Origin: an uncultured Gammaproteobacteria bacterium
Lineage (GTDB): Bacteria > Patescibacteriota > Patescibacteriia > SG8-24
Direction of reading: 5' to 3'
DNA length: 64,000 nt
Assembly (NCBI GenBank): GCA_964491475.1
Contig: CAZBFO010000004.1
Coordinates: forward strand, 67,290 to 131,289
Both the position numbers and the translations under genes were made by a program. Positions 1 through 9,858 of this stretch are shown here, piece after piece (the stretch's first letter is position 1; each line of letters begins with the position of its first letter). The notes beneath the pieces are model-generated. The model saw nothing but the letters and a program-made list of their open reading frames with translations. It was not told the DNA's origin and did not search any database.

Positions 1-1
1 G

Positions 2-1240
2 GCCGCTCTTTTGCTCGGCAGCCAGGCGTTCGCCAGAGGCGGGGGCGGAGGTTCCGGCGGCGGTGGCGGGGGCGGAGGCCACGGATACCATTCGTCATAT
101 TCCGGCGGCTCCGGCTCGTCAGACACGCCGATGACGCGGGGGCAGTTCGAGTTCATGCTCATCGCCGCGATTCCAACCTCGATTTTCACGCTCATTCTCC
201 TGCAACGCGCGTCCGCCATCAACAAAAAACGTCGCGAGGCCTTTTTCGCTTCCTTGCGAGCCGCGGCGGCAACCGATCCGTCCTGGGATCCAGATGCGAT
301 GCTTGCGCGTGCCAGAGACGTCTTCATGCGTTTTCAGCAGGCATGGGGCGCGAACGATACGGCCGCGATGAACGACATCTTGAGCGACTCGTATCGGACG
401 CGGGCGACGCTCGAACTGCAGGTGCTCTCGGCGATGAAGCGCCAAGACGTGATGTCCGAGATCGTCATTAAGGGCGCGTGGATCACCACCGCGTCGGTCG
501 GTGAACCCAACGCCCCAAAGTCTTTCAACGTCACTTTTGTCGCCTCCGCAACCGACAAGCTGATGGAAACGGACAGCGGCAAAACCTTGTTTACCGATAC
601 CGATCCGTTCACCGAATATTGGCATTTCGTCTGGGAAAACGGCGCCTGGAAGCTCGACCTCATCAAACAGGAGACGGAATCCGGAGCGTACGCCGAAAAG
701 GCCATCGCGGACTTCTCGCAAAAGAACGGCTTTTTCTATGACGCCGACTTCGGCTGGCTGATGATGCCCGACAAAGGCACGCTCTTTCACGCGGCCAGCT
801 TCGGAATGTCCGACATCAACAACCATGTCATCGGCACGTACCGGAACAAGATCGTCGAGTTCTACACCTATATTCCGGACCGCACCGACATGCCGCCCGC
901 CAACTATCTCGTGGCACAGGCAGTCTTGCCAAAGGAATACCACGACGTGCTCATCACCAAGCGCGGCCTGATTTCCTTTTGCCCCCGCGGATTGAAGGAA
1001 ATGTCGCTGGAGTTCCCCGATTTCAACAAGAAATTCCAAGTCTGCGTCCACCCCGACGACCAGATCAGCTCCTTGGAACTGCTCACGCCGAACTTCATGG
1101 AAAAAATCTTCGACCTCCCCTTCGACCTGCACGTCGAACTGGTCGGCAGGTTCCTGTACCTCTACACCAAAAAGCGCGACGTTTCCTACGACCAGATGTT
1201 AGAGGTCCTCTCGTGGGCCTTCGACGAGATGAAAGCGTGA
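2..1240 (+). CDS. Tim44-like (NTF2-fold) domain membrane protein with C-terminal DUF3137-like domain; 5' end outside window
   Basis: Frame open from window start; end of signal peptide (AFA-RGGGG), Gly/Ser linker, TM helix, Tim44-like segment (F...Q.AW...D; FTEYWHF...W.L..I), then NKKFQV...LLTPNFMEKI segment typical of DUF3137. Confidence 0.7.
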   Translation, partial: AALLLGSQAFARGGGGGSGGGGGGGGHGYHSSYSGGSGSSDTPMTRGQFEFMLIAAIPTSIFTLILLQRASAINKKRREAFFASLRAAAATDPSWDPDAMLARARDVFMRFQQAWGANDTAAMNDILSDSYRTRATLELQVLSAMKRQDVMSEIVIKGAWITTASVGEPNAPKSFNVTFVASATDKLMETDSGKTLFTDTDPFTEYWHFVWENGAWKLDLIKQETESGAYAEKAIADFSQKNGFFYDADFGWLMMPDKGTLFHAASFGMSDINNHVIGTYRNKIVEFYTYIPDRTDMPPANYLVAQAVLPKEYHDVLITKRGLISFCPRGLKEMSLEFPDFNKKFQVCVHPDDQISSLELLTPNFMEKIFDLPFDLHVELVGRFLYLYTKKRDVSYDQMLEVLSWAFDEMKA

Positions 1241-1354
1241 ACCGAACCGGAGCCGTTTCATCTTGACCGACAGGCGCATTACTGCTATCCTGCCCCGTTC
1301 AGTCGCATCCCGCGCCTGTACGTGAGCAGCCCGAAAAAGGAGAAGGAAGCGAAC

Positions 1355-1813
1355 ATGGACCCGAGGAACATTCACCGAGCCCTCATCAAGTCCGCGCAGG
1401 TGACGAGCCGCATGCGAGGGGAAATCTCCTTCGTCGCAAACGCCATCGTGAAGACGCTCGGCATTCGCGAATGCACGGAGCAGGCCAAGAACTGGGAGCG
1501 GGATTGGCGGGAATTCAAAGCCGCCGCGATGCGATCGCCTTACGGAGGCGTCGTGTGGACAATGCGCCTCCGCGACGACCTCATGGCGATCCTCTGCAAA
1601 GACGCGGAGCAGGTCGGCAACGACGAGACGCGCGCCCTTTACCGGGCTTGCATCCATTTCGACGCCAACACGGAGCGCGACGTCGAAATCGTGGCGCCGG
1701 TGAACGTGTGGCGCGTGCATCAGCACCTCCCCACGCTCATCGATCTGGCGCGCTGGGAATTTCCCGTTCTGGAAGAACGATGGAAGCCGATGCTGTCTCC
1801 CGCGGAAATGTAA
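1355..1813 (+). CDS. hypothetical protein
   Basis: ATG preceded by AAGGAG/AAGGA; upstream promoter TTGACC-17-TATCCT at 1263-1291; long hairpin downstream. Confidence 0.7.
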   Translation: MDPRNIHRALIKSAQVTSRMRGEISFVANAIVKTLGIRECTEQAKNWERDWREFKAAAMRSPYGGVVWTMRLRDDLMAILCKDAEQVGNDETRALYRACIHFDANTERDVEIVAPVNVWRVHQHLPTLIDLARWEFPVLEERWKPMLSPAEM

Positions 1814-2051
1814 CTCGAAGAGCCCCTTACGAAGCCGTGCAGGCAAGGAAGCCGTTTGGCACCTTGTCCGCACGGCTCTTGTTTATCTGCCGAAGCGCGA
1901 AAAGCGCCGATAAGCATTGCAAGTACGCCAGAAACAAGGTAAGAAACCCCCACATGCGTCGTCCCCAAAAATGCGCTAAGGCAAGGAAAATCCGCGTATT
2001 TGCTACGGTCGCGCACTATCCGTTATAGTGCACCTACCCATTACCCTACTT

Positions 2052-3962
2052 ATGAAAAATACGACCAAATCCATTACCAAGAACCTGGTCATCTCCATCG
2101 CGCTTTTCCTGGTGCTGGCGGCCGTCTTGAGCCTGTACTCGCTCGGCGGCAGCAGCGTCAAAAAGGTGCAGGTCAGCGAGGTGATCCAGCAGATCAACGA
2201 CGAGAAGGTGAAGTCCGTCGCGGTGAAGAGCGACACGCTCACCGTCACGCTGAACGACAATACAAAGGAAGTCTCCAACAAGGAGCCGGGAGACACGCTC
2301 TCCACGCTGCTCTCCAACTACAAGGTGGATCCGGCGAAGATGGAGAAGGTCCAAGTCGACATCCAGCAGGAGTCGGGCGTGGGCTATTGGGTCAGCAACA
2401 TGCTGCCGTTCATCCTCCCGTTCGTGCTGGTCGCCCTCTTCATCTTCTTCATGATGCGGCAGGTGCAGGGCGCCAACAACCGCGCCATGACCTTCGGGCA
2501 GAGCGGCGCCCGCGAGCAGGCCAAGGACGCCAAGGACCGCGTCATGTTCAAGGACGTGGCCGGCGTGAAGGAAGCCAAGGAGGAACTGCTCGAAGTCGTC
2601 GACTTCCTCCGCAATCCCAAGAAGTTCGTCGGCCTTGGCGCCAAGATTCCTAAGGGCGTCTTGCTGATGGGTTCGCCGGGCACCGGCAAGACCTTGCTGG
2701 CCCGCGCCGTAGCCGGCGAAGCCAACGTGCCCTTCTACCACATCTCCGGCTCGGAGTTCGTGGAGATGTTCGTGGGCGTGGGCGCCTCGCGCGTGCGCGA
2801 CCTGTTCAACAAGGCCAAGAAGAACGCCCCTTGCATCATTTTCATCGACGAAATCGACGCGGTCGGCCGCCAGCGCGGCACCGGCATGGGCGGCAGCCAC
2901 GACGAACGCGAACAGACCCTCAACCAGATCCTGGTCGAAATGGACGGCTTTGATCCCAACGCCGGCGTCATCATCCTCGCCGCCACCAACCGCCCCGACG
3001 TGCTCGACCCCGCGCTTCTGCGCCCGGGTCGCTTTGACCGCCGCGTGGTGCTCGACGAGCCGGACATCAACGACCGCGAGGCCATCCTCACGATTCACGC
3101 CAAGAACAAGCCGCTGGAGGACGACGTGAACCTGCGCCGCATCGCCCAGCGCACGCCCGGTTTCTCGGGCGCCGACCTGGCCAACATCATCAATGAAGGC
3201 GCGATTCTCGCCGCCCGCCGTAACAAGAAGAAGGTCGGCCAGCCGGAGCTGCTGGAGAGTATCGAGAAGGTGCTGCTCGGCCCCGAGCGCAAGAGCCACA
3301 TCCTCTCCGAGGACGAGCGCCGCGTCACCGCCTACCACGAGGCCGGCCACGCCCTCGTCTCGCACATGCTCCCCGACGCCGATCCGGTCCATAAGGTGTC
3401 CATCATCTCCCGTGGCCGCGCCGCCGGCTACACCCTCAAGCTTCCCAACGAGGACAAGCGCATGCACCGCAAGGTGGAGTTCATCGCCGACCTGGCGGTG
3501 TCGATGGGCGGCTACGTCGCCGAGACCGAGATCTTCGGCAGGGACAACCTGACCACCGGCCCCAGCGACGACCTCCGCAAAGCCACGCGCATGGCCCGCC
3601 GCCTCATCACCGACTTCGCCATGAGCGACAAGCTCGCCCCGCGCACCTTCGGCGAAAAGGAAGAAATGGTCTTCCTCGGCGGCCAAATCAACCATCAGCG
3701 CGACTACTCCGAGAAGATCGCCGAGGAGCTCGACCACGAAATCGAGAAGCTGATGAACGACGCCAAGGCCACGGCCCGCAAGATCATCACCGAGAACCGC
3801 GACAAGCTCGACAAGATCGTGGCCGCGTTGCTCGAAAAGGAAACCATCGAAAAGGAAGAGTTCGACGAGCTGATGGGCAGCCATCACCCTTCCGAAAGGC
3901 CCGCGCCGCCGGGTGGCGACCACAACGGGTCCGCCCCTCGCTTCACCCCGAAGATGGCGTAA
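2052..3962 (+). CDS. ftsH: ATP-dependent zinc metalloprotease FtsH
   Basis: Two TM helices, Walker A GSPGTGKT, Walker [37 protein letters not shown] zinc motif. Confidence 0.98.
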   Translation: MKNTTKSITKNLVISIALFLVLAAVLSLYSLGGSSVKKVQVSEVIQQINDEKVKSVAVKSDTLTVTLNDNTKEVSNKEPGDTLSTLLSNYKVDPAKMEKVQVDIQQESGVGYWVSNMLPFILPFVLVALFIFFMMRQVQGANNRAMTFGQSGAREQAKDAKDRVMFKDVAGVKEAKEELLEVVDFLRNPKKFVGLGAKIPKGVLLMGSPGTGKTLLARAVAGEANVPFYHISGSEFVEMFVGVGASRVRDLFNKAKKNAPCIIFIDEIDAVGRQRGTGMGGSHDEREQTLNQILVEMDGFDPNAGVIILAATNRPDVLDPALLRPGRFDRRVVLDEPDINDREAILTIHAKNKPLEDDVNLRRIAQRTPGFSGADLANIINEGAILAARRNKKKVGQPELLESIEKVLLGPERKSHILSEDERRVTAYHEAGHALVSHMLPDADPVHKVSIISRGRAAGYTLKLPNEDKRMHRKVEFIADLAVSMGGYVAETEIFGRDNLTTGPSDDLRKATRMARRLITDFAMSDKLAPRTFGEKEEMVFLGGQINHQRDYSEKIAEELDHEIEKLMNDAKATARKIITENRDKLDKIVAALLEKETIEKEEFDELMGSHHPSERPAPPGGDHNGSAPRFTPKMA

Positions 3963-3966
3963 AGCG

Positions 3967-4001
3967 AAAACCGGCCCCCGCCCGATGCGGGGCCGGTTTT
4001 T
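3967..4001 (+). terminator. intrinsic terminator after ftsH
   Basis: AAAACCGGCCCC...GGGGCCGGTTTT stem with T tract. Confidence 0.8.
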
Positions 4002-4096
4002 GGTTCGCCCAGCGCGCCGGACTTCAACCCCTCCCCATCCCCGTGCTATAGTATGCGCATCGAGCCGTCGCTTTGCCTCGGCCCATGCTCAACCCT

Positions 4097-5107
4097 ATGG
4101 CCAAAAAGTTCGACAACGCACCGTTCTACCGCCGCATTATCGGCGATTCACTCCGCATCGCCTGGATGCACAAGCAGCTTTGGATTTTCGGCTTCTTTGC
4201 CACCCTCATCGGTTTCGGTGGCGTATCCGAGGTGTTTTTTACCGCCATCGAGCGCACTTCGCGGACGCTTCCGGTCGCCGCCGCGCAAGGAACCTCGTTC
4301 TGGTCCATCATCCCCGGCTATTCCACGATGCGCGCAGTCATCGAGTATTCCACGGTGCCGGCCGTAGCCCTGGTGATTTGCGCCTTCGTGCTGGCCGTCA
4401 TCGGAGCGGTGTTTGCCTGGATGTCGCTGGTTTCCGTCGGTGCGCTTGTTTCGGGGTCACGCAAGATCTCTCGCGGCGGCGAGCCGACGTTCGGTGACGG
4501 CGTGAAGGCCGGCAGCGAAGCCTTTTGGCGCCTGTTCGGCCTGAACGTCCTCACCAAGACGATCATCGCTGGCGCGCTGTTCGTTTCGAGCGCCAACCTC
4601 TACGCTCTCATGCGCGACGGTTCGCTGACCAGCAGCCTGTTCTACCTCGGCTCGTTCATGCTCCTCGTTGCGGTCTCATTCATGGCCGCGCTCATCGAAG
4701 TGTTCGGTGCCATGTACGTCGCCATAAAGAACGCCAACATACGCATTGCCCTGGCATCCTCCCTGGCGATGATCAGATTGCATTGGCTGATCGCCTTGGA
4801 GCTGGCACTGCTGCTGCTCGTCACGACAGTGACGATCGGCGCTGCGGCGGCGCTGGCAGTAATGGTGCTTTCGGTGCCGTTCATATTCCTGATCGCCATC
4901 GCCTCCTTTCTGAAAGCCGTCGCCGCAATCTACGCCCTGATCACCCTTTCCGCTGCGCTCATCATCATCTCCGTCATCTGCCTAGGCTCATTCCTCACTG
5001 CCGTTCAGGCGACCGCCTGGACGCTCCTGTGGAGCGAGCTTGAGGAACGCCGCGCATCGGGGCTCCTGCACCGTCTGGCGCGCCGCATCGCCTCTCATTT
5101 CGACTAA
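4097..5107 (+). CDS. multi-pass membrane protein (DUF7544/GDPD-membrane-domain-like)
   Basis: About 7 hydrophobic segments; AW..K.LWIFGFFA N-terminal pattern; start could be 4085. Confidence 0.65.
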   Translation: MAKKFDNAPFYRRIIGDSLRIAWMHKQLWIFGFFATLIGFGGVSEVFFTAIERTSRTLPVAAAQGTSFWSIIPGYSTMRAVIEYSTVPAVALVICAFVLAVIGAVFAWMSLVSVGALVSGSRKISRGGEPTFGDGVKAGSEAFWRLFGLNVLTKTIIAGALFVSSANLYALMRDGSLTSSLFYLGSFMLLVAVSFMAALIEVFGAMYVAIKNANIRIALASSLAMIRLHWLIALELALLLLVTTVTIGAAAALAVMVLSVPFIFLIAIASFLKAVAAIYALITLSAALIIISVICLGSFLTAVQATAWTLLWSELEERRASGLLHRLARRIASHFD

Positions 5108-5128
5108 CGGCGAAAAAAGGGGCACACT

Positions 5129-5155
5129 AAGCCACGCCTCCGAGGCGTGGCTTTT
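5129..5155 (+). terminator. intrinsic terminator
   Basis: AAGCCACGCCTC-C-GAGGCGTGGCTT followed by TT. Confidence 0.75.
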
Positions 5156-5220
5156 CAGTACCGCGCGACGTGCCGGTTTGAGTGGAAAGAAAGCGTAAAA
5201 AATGCTATACTGATGAGACT

Positions 5221-6930
5221 ATGAGTGGCTCGATCGAAGACCTGTTGGGAAAGTCGAAAAAGCCGAGCACGCCGGGCCAAGAATCAGCCCAGGAGAAGTT
5301 CTCGACCAAGATGGAGGAAATCCGTCTCAAGAACCTCGAAAAGCTGACGATGCAGTCGGCCAAGGCGCTCGGATTCGAGTACATCGACCTCAAGGGCTTC
5401 CCGATTTCTCCGGAAGCCTTGCAGCTGATCCCGCGCGAACAGGCCAAGCAGAACAAGGTGGTGTGCTTCCTGTACACCGGCAAGGACGCGCGCATCGGAG
5501 CGGTCAACCCCAAAGACCCGATCATGGACGAAATCGTCTATCAGGTGAAGGAGCGTGCCCATCCGGAAACCGTCGGCGTCTACATGATTTCGGAACACAG
5601 CTTCGAACAGGCCGAAAAGGTCTACGACGCGCTGCCCGAAGTGAAGGAAATCGTGAAAGGCGTCGAAATCACCGAAGACGACCTCAAGAAGTTCCAAGCG
5701 GCGGTGCCCACTCTGGGCGATCTCGACGGTGCCGTCCAAAAAGTCTCCACCTCCGACTTCGTGGCCTTGATCATCGCCATCTCGCTTTCATCCGGCGTGT
5801 CCGACATTCACATCGAAGCGCAGGAAAAATCGGTCGACGTGAAGTACCGCATCGACGGCATCCTCAACAAAGTCGCTTCGGTGAAGAAGGAACTGTGGCA
5901 GCGCATCGTCAACCGCATCAAGCTGTTTTCGGGCCTCAAGCTGAACATCGTGACCGTGCCGCAGGACGGCCGTTTCACGATTTTCACCACCGAAGGCAAG
6001 GTCGACGTGCGTGTTTCCACGCTGCCGACGGCCTACGGCGAATCCATCGTCATGCGTCTGCTCAAGCCCGGTACTATCGCATTGCAATTCGAGCAGCTCG
6101 GCATCCGCGGCATCGCCTACGAGCAGCTCAAGTTCCAGGTGGAGCGCCCCAACGGCATGATCATCACCACCGGTCCTACCGGTTCCGGTAAGACGACCTC
6201 GCTGTACGCCATCCTCAACAAGCTCAACGACGGCCACACCAAGATCATCACCTTGGAAGACCCTGTCGAATACAAGCTGCAGGGCATTTCGCAGTCGCAG
6301 ATCGACAAAAGCAAAGACTACACCTTCGCCAAAGGCCTCCACTCCATCCTCCGCCAAGACCCGGACGTGGTGATGGTCGGCGAATTGCGCGAACTCGAAA
6401 CCGCGGAAGTCGCCATTCAGGCGGCGCTCACCGGTCACTTGGTGCTCTCTACCATTCACACCAACAGCGCTGCCGGTGCCGTCCCCCGTTTCCTCTCGAT
6501 GGGCGTGCAGCCGTTCCTGCTCGCGCCGGCACTGAACGCCGTCATCGGCCAGCGTCTGGTGCGCCGCATCTGCAAGGACTGCATCATCGAAGACTCGCCC
6601 GCGCCGGACCAAATCGAGAAGGCCAAGAAGATCATGTCGGAATTGAGCCCCAAGTCCGGCTACACCGTCGACCTCAACAACCTCAAGTTCTACAAGGGCA
6701 AGGGCTGCAAGACCTGCGGCAACCTGGGCTACAAGGGCCGCATGGGTATCTACGAAATCATGTCGATGACCGAGGAAATCGAAAAAATCATCTTGAGCGG
6801 CAAGGTCTCGGAGTACGACATGCAGCGCATCGCCATGGAGCAGGGCATGGTCAGCATGGTTCAGGACGGCATCCTCAAGGCTTTGGACAAGATCTCGACG
6901 CTCGAAGAGGTGTTCAGCGTCGCGGAATAA
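5221..6930 (+). CDS. pilB: type IV pilus / T2SS assembly ATPase (PilB/GspE family)
   Basis: SDIHIE, Walker A GPTGSGKT, TLEDPVEY Asp box, LRQDPDVVMVGE, TGHLVLSTIH His box, CKDC/CKTC zinc motif. Confidence 0.92.
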   Translation: MSGSIEDLLGKSKKPSTPGQESAQEKFSTKMEEIRLKNLEKLTMQSAKALGFEYIDLKGFPISPEALQLIPREQAKQNKVVCFLYTGKDARIGAVNPKDPIMDEIVYQVKERAHPETVGVYMISEHSFEQAEKVYDALPEVKEIVKGVEITEDDLKKFQAAVPTLGDLDGAVQKVSTSDFVALIIAISLSSGVSDIHIEAQEKSVDVKYRIDGILNKVASVKKELWQRIVNRIKLFSGLKLNIVTVPQDGRFTIFTTEGKVDVRVSTLPTAYGESIVMRLLKPGTIALQFEQLGIRGIAYEQLKFQVERPNGMIITTGPTGSGKTTSLYAILNKLNDGHTKIITLEDPVEYKLQGISQSQIDKSKDYTFAKGLHSILRQDPDVVMVGELRELETAEVAIQAALTGHLVLSTIHTNSAAGAVPRFLSMGVQPFLLAPALNAVIGQRLVRRICKDCIIEDSPAPDQIEKAKKIMSELSPKSGYTVDLNNLKFYKGKGCKTCGNLGYKGRMGIYEIMSMTEEIEKIILSGKVSEYDMQRIAMEQGMVSMVQDGILKALDKISTLEEVFSVAE

Positions 6931-6934
6931 GAAA

Positions 6935-6975
6935 GAAAAAAGCCGGTCCGAGAACGGACCGGCTGTTTATTTTTC
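6935..6975. terminator. bidirectional terminator between convergent genes
   Basis: AGCCGGTCCG-AGAA-CGGACCGGCT flanked by A and T tracts. Confidence 0.7.
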
Positions 6976-8670
6976 CTTGAGCATCTGATCGATGCGCTCG
7001 AGGATTTCGTCAGGACTCGGATCGAAATCGACGTCGATTTCGCCGAACACCGTGCTTTCGACCTCTGCGCCCGCCGCCGGTTTTACCGGAGCCGGCTCAC
7101 CGACCGTCGGTGCAGCCTTGGAAGACGGATCGCCGAAGATGGGGTCGAGCAGAGGCTCTTTGCCGAACGGCCTGGTCGGATCGTCGCCGGCCTTGGTCGC
7201 AGCGGCCGCCTGCCGAAGGATTTCCGCGAGCAGGTCCTGTTCGGTAGCCTCGTTGAAGCCGCGCTCGTGGTCGTACTTTCGCGTCATGCAGTGCCGCGAC
7301 TCGTGCGCCAAGATGATCAGCAGGCTCTGCAACGAAGGCAGTTCCGTCCTCGTCTTGGCCTGGATCCAGATTTCCTTGAAGGCCGTCTCTCCGTACCCTG
7401 CGAACCCGAGCATGCGCCGCATGGCCTCGTCGAGGGGATGGAAGAAGTAGATCGGGTACTGCGTCCGCTGCGGGAAGTGCTTGGCGAACAGCTTCCAAGC
7501 CGCCGTGAAGCGCTGCCTGCTGGCCTCGTCGAGGCCCTCGAAAGGCACCAGTTCCAGCCGGTCTTCGGGATTCTTCGGGAAGACGTCTTCGGCGTTGGGA
7601 ACGCCCAAGTCCTTCAGGAAGAGGTGAAAATCATGACTGCCCTGACGCAACAGCGTATAGCCGTAAATCTGCACGGCGTCGCTGTTGGCCACCTCGTTGG
7701 CGCTGGCCGGGAGGGCCACCTTCGGCCCAAAGACCTCATGAACCGCGCGCAGCCAGGCCACGCGCGCCTCGGGTGTCAATCTGGGGTTGCGCAGGCAACC
7801 CAAGGCGCGTTCCTCGAACTTCGCCTTGCCTTCGGCGATGCCGCGCATCACGGTGATGCAGATGTCCGCGTCGTCGAGCTTGCCGAACATGCCGCCGACG
7901 GCCGACTGATACGTCGACGGGCTCTTGAGGATGCGTTCCTCGGAGAGCATCGCCTTGTCGTACAGCGAGTAGTCGAACAGGGACGAACGCGCCGGAGCGC
8001 TGTCGCAGTCGGCCAGGACGCCGAGCAGGAACAGCCGGGTGTTCTTCACGTCCGACTTCGGCCAGATTTCGCCGATGCCGTCGACCGTCGCGTAAGCGTG
8101 GTGCCGAGACATGAACTTGAAGTACCGTTCCGGCACGTCGAGTATCTTGCCGAATTCCTCGGTGTATTCGAGATACACCGTGGTCTGCCCCTCGCCGGCG
8201 TAGCAGCGTTCGTCCGTCAGCGCCCACTCGAAGTCCTTGTCCTCGTCGTAGGCGTTGCAGACGTGCTCGCGCAGCATCTTGAAGGTCTTCTTGTCGTCGG
8301 TGCCGATGGGCTTGTCCCAATCGGGAAACGCCTCGACCACCATGTTCGACGGGAACCGCAGACGCTTCGGCTTTTCCGGTTCCCCGCCCTCGTTGAGGTA
8401 GTAGTGGTAGTGCACGTGGTGCGAAACCACCCCCTCGACGGTGACCTCGTCGGTATCGAACTCCAGAAAATAGGAACCCTGCGGGTCCCGCGAACTGATG
8501 CCGGTCGAGAGGTTGAGACGCAGCGCGGCGACAGCCGCGAGCTTGGTGCCTGAACCCTTGTTGCCGATGGTGCCGTTCTGGCTCATTTTGTCGCGCTTGG
8601 TCGACAGGCCGATGAGCTCGAGCAGCTTGCGATTCAACGAACCCTTATTCTTAATGTGCAGGTACTTCAC
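6967..8670 (-). CDS. hypothetical protein: N-terminal GHKL-like ATPase motifs plus C-terminal HExxH zincin-like motif
   Basis: IKNKG, IGLSTKRD, IGNKGSGTKLAA (G-box-like), REHVCNAYDE (N-box-like), ILAHESRH...DH...F; GTG start with GGAGGTG SD. Confidence 0.65.
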   Translation of the reverse strand: MKYLHIKNKGSLNRKLLELIGLSTKRDKMSQNGTIGNKGSGTKLAAVAALRLNLSTGISSRDPQGSYFLEFDTDEVTVEGVVSHHVHYHYYLNEGGEPEKPKRLRFPSNMVVEAFPDWDKPIGTDDKKTFKMLREHVCNAYDEDKDFEWALTDERCYAGEGQTTVYLEYTEEFGKILDVPERYFKFMSRHHAYATVDGIGEIWPKSDVKNTRLFLLGVLADCDSAPARSSLFDYSLYDKAMLSEERILKSPSTYQSAVGGMFGKLDDADICITVMRGIAEGKAKFEERALGCLRNPRLTPEARVAWLRAVHEVFGPKVALPASANEVANSDAVQIYGYTLLRQGSHDFHLFLKDLGVPNAEDVFPKNPEDRLELVPFEGLDEASRQRFTAAWKLFAKHFPQRTQYPIYFFHPLDEAMRRMLGFAGYGETAFKEIWIQAKTRTELPSLQSLLIILAHESRHCMTRKYDHERGFNEATEQDLLAEILRQAAAATKAGDDPTRPFGKEPLLDPIFGDPSSKAAPTVGEPAPVKPAAGAEVESTVFGEIDVDFDPSPDEILERIDQMLKEK

Positions 8671-8753
8671 GACGCACCTCCAGTGCCAAAAAGCGACAAA
8701 AGACGTGGCCACGAAAGGGCGACTACGTGCGTTTCCTCATGGGAACTGCGCAT
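8667..8753 (-). CDS. 28-aa leader ORF coupled to the GHKL-like gene
   Basis: AGGAGG SD, ATG at 8753, MRSSHEETHVVALSWPRLLSLFGTGGAS, TGA overlaps the downstream GTG (GTGA). Confidence 0.4.
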   Translation of the reverse strand: MRSSHEETHVVALSWPRLLSLFGTGGAS

Positions 8754-8856
8754 GGCTGCCTCCTTTTCGAACCTAACAGGAAAAAAGCCGTTTGGCAATA
8801 AGAGGACCCTCGGCGCAAGCGCGACGAGAGTCCAAGCGGAGAAGTAGGTTGCACGG

Positions 8857-9249
8857 TCAGTGCTTGCCGAAGGTGGATTGGAACCCCTGGGCGAGGTCCC
8901 TCGTGTGGAGAGTGCCGCGTTGCTGCTGCGGCTGGACGGTCGTGCCCGTGACGAAGGTTCGGTTGGAACCGGTCGGTTTGGGCGTCACCTTGGGGGCGAC
9001 GGGCTTCTTGGCCGCCGGGGCGGAAGATGCGGTCGCGACCGAAGCGGTTGCCGCAGAAGCGGCGGGCTGGGCGGCGACGTCGGTCACCTGGACAGGGCGC
9101 GTCGGTTGACCGAGCGCGACGATCGTCTGGAAGGTCGACGGCCTTTCGCCGTTGGCCGGGACGGGATCGTTCGCCTTGTGCCAAGGCATCAGGATGAAGA
9201 TGAAAATCAGCTCCAGGATGACGGCACCAGCAAGTCCGATTTTGGTCAT
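8857..9249 (-). CDS. single-TM low-complexity (Ala/Pro/Thr/Lys) hypothetical protein
   Basis: AGGAGA SD; N-terminal TM helix; own promoter. Confidence 0.65.
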   Translation of the reverse strand: MTKIGLAGAVILELIFIFILMPWHKANDPVPANGERPSTFQTIVALGQPTRPVQVTDVAAQPAASAATASVATASSAPAAKKPVAPKVTPKPTGSNRTFVTGTTVQPQQQRGTLHTRDLAQGFQSTFGKH

Positions 9250-9332
9250 TTGTGAATCTCCTTGTATTCGTTGGCTCGTCGCGTTTTGCGACGAAGCGTC
9301 AGCGATGAGTTGCCTCATTTACTGACGCCTAC

Positions 9333-9361
9333 ACTATAGCACAAAAACAGGCTTTTGTCAA
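9333..9361 (-). promoter_or_regulatory. near-consensus sigma70 promoter
   Basis: TTGACA-17-TATAGT with TG extension on minus strand. Confidence 0.75.
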
Positions 9362-9407
9362 GCCTGTCAGGTCAATATTTAGGCTAAAATAAGCATTTTA
9401 TTTAAGC

Positions 9408-9854
9408 TCAATGCTTTTGGACGGTCAGAGAGCGTGCCTCGCCCGATGCGAAGCCGAAAGTCAGCTCGACGTAGGATTTCGAGGAGTGAATCTCCGGCAC
9501 GCGATCGGCCCACTCCACCAGGGTGACAGTCGAGGCGTCGCCGGAATATTCTTCAAACCCGATGGTCGTCAGTTCTTTCCAGGACTCCAAGCGATACGCG
9601 TCGACGTGACAGATGCGCGCAACGCCCCTTTTCTTCGCCTTGGCGCCGGTGGCGAACACCTGCATCAAGATGAACGTCGGGCTCTTCACCGCTTCCTCGA
9701 CGCCGAGCTGCTTGGCCAGCATCTGCGTGAGCGTGGTCTTTCCGGCACCGAGATCGCCGACCAAGCCGACCACGTCGCCGCCGCGAAGTGACTTCGCAAA
9801 CTCCCCTGCGAAGGCTTCCAGCTCTTTCAGATTTTTGATGATGACTTTCCGCAT
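9408..9854 (-). CDS. tsaE: tRNA t6A biosynthesis ATPase TsaE
   Basis: GDLGAGKTT, VKSPTF, HVDAYRL, VEWAD; directly downstream of tsaD. Confidence 0.95.
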   Translation of the reverse strand: MRKVIIKNLKELEAFAGEFAKSLRGGDVVGLVGDLGAGKTTLTQMLAKQLGVEEAVKSPTFILMQVFATGAKAKKRGVARICHVDAYRLESWKELTTIGFEEYSGDASTVTLVEWADRVPEIHSSKSYVELTFGFASGEARSLTVQKH

Positions 9855-9858
9855 ACGG

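Noticed and set aside
1849-8797. 13-mer AAGCCGTTTGGCA seen at about 1849 and 8785
   Set aside because: Different contexts (hairpin loop versus promoter -35 region) and no further similarity; compatible with chance.
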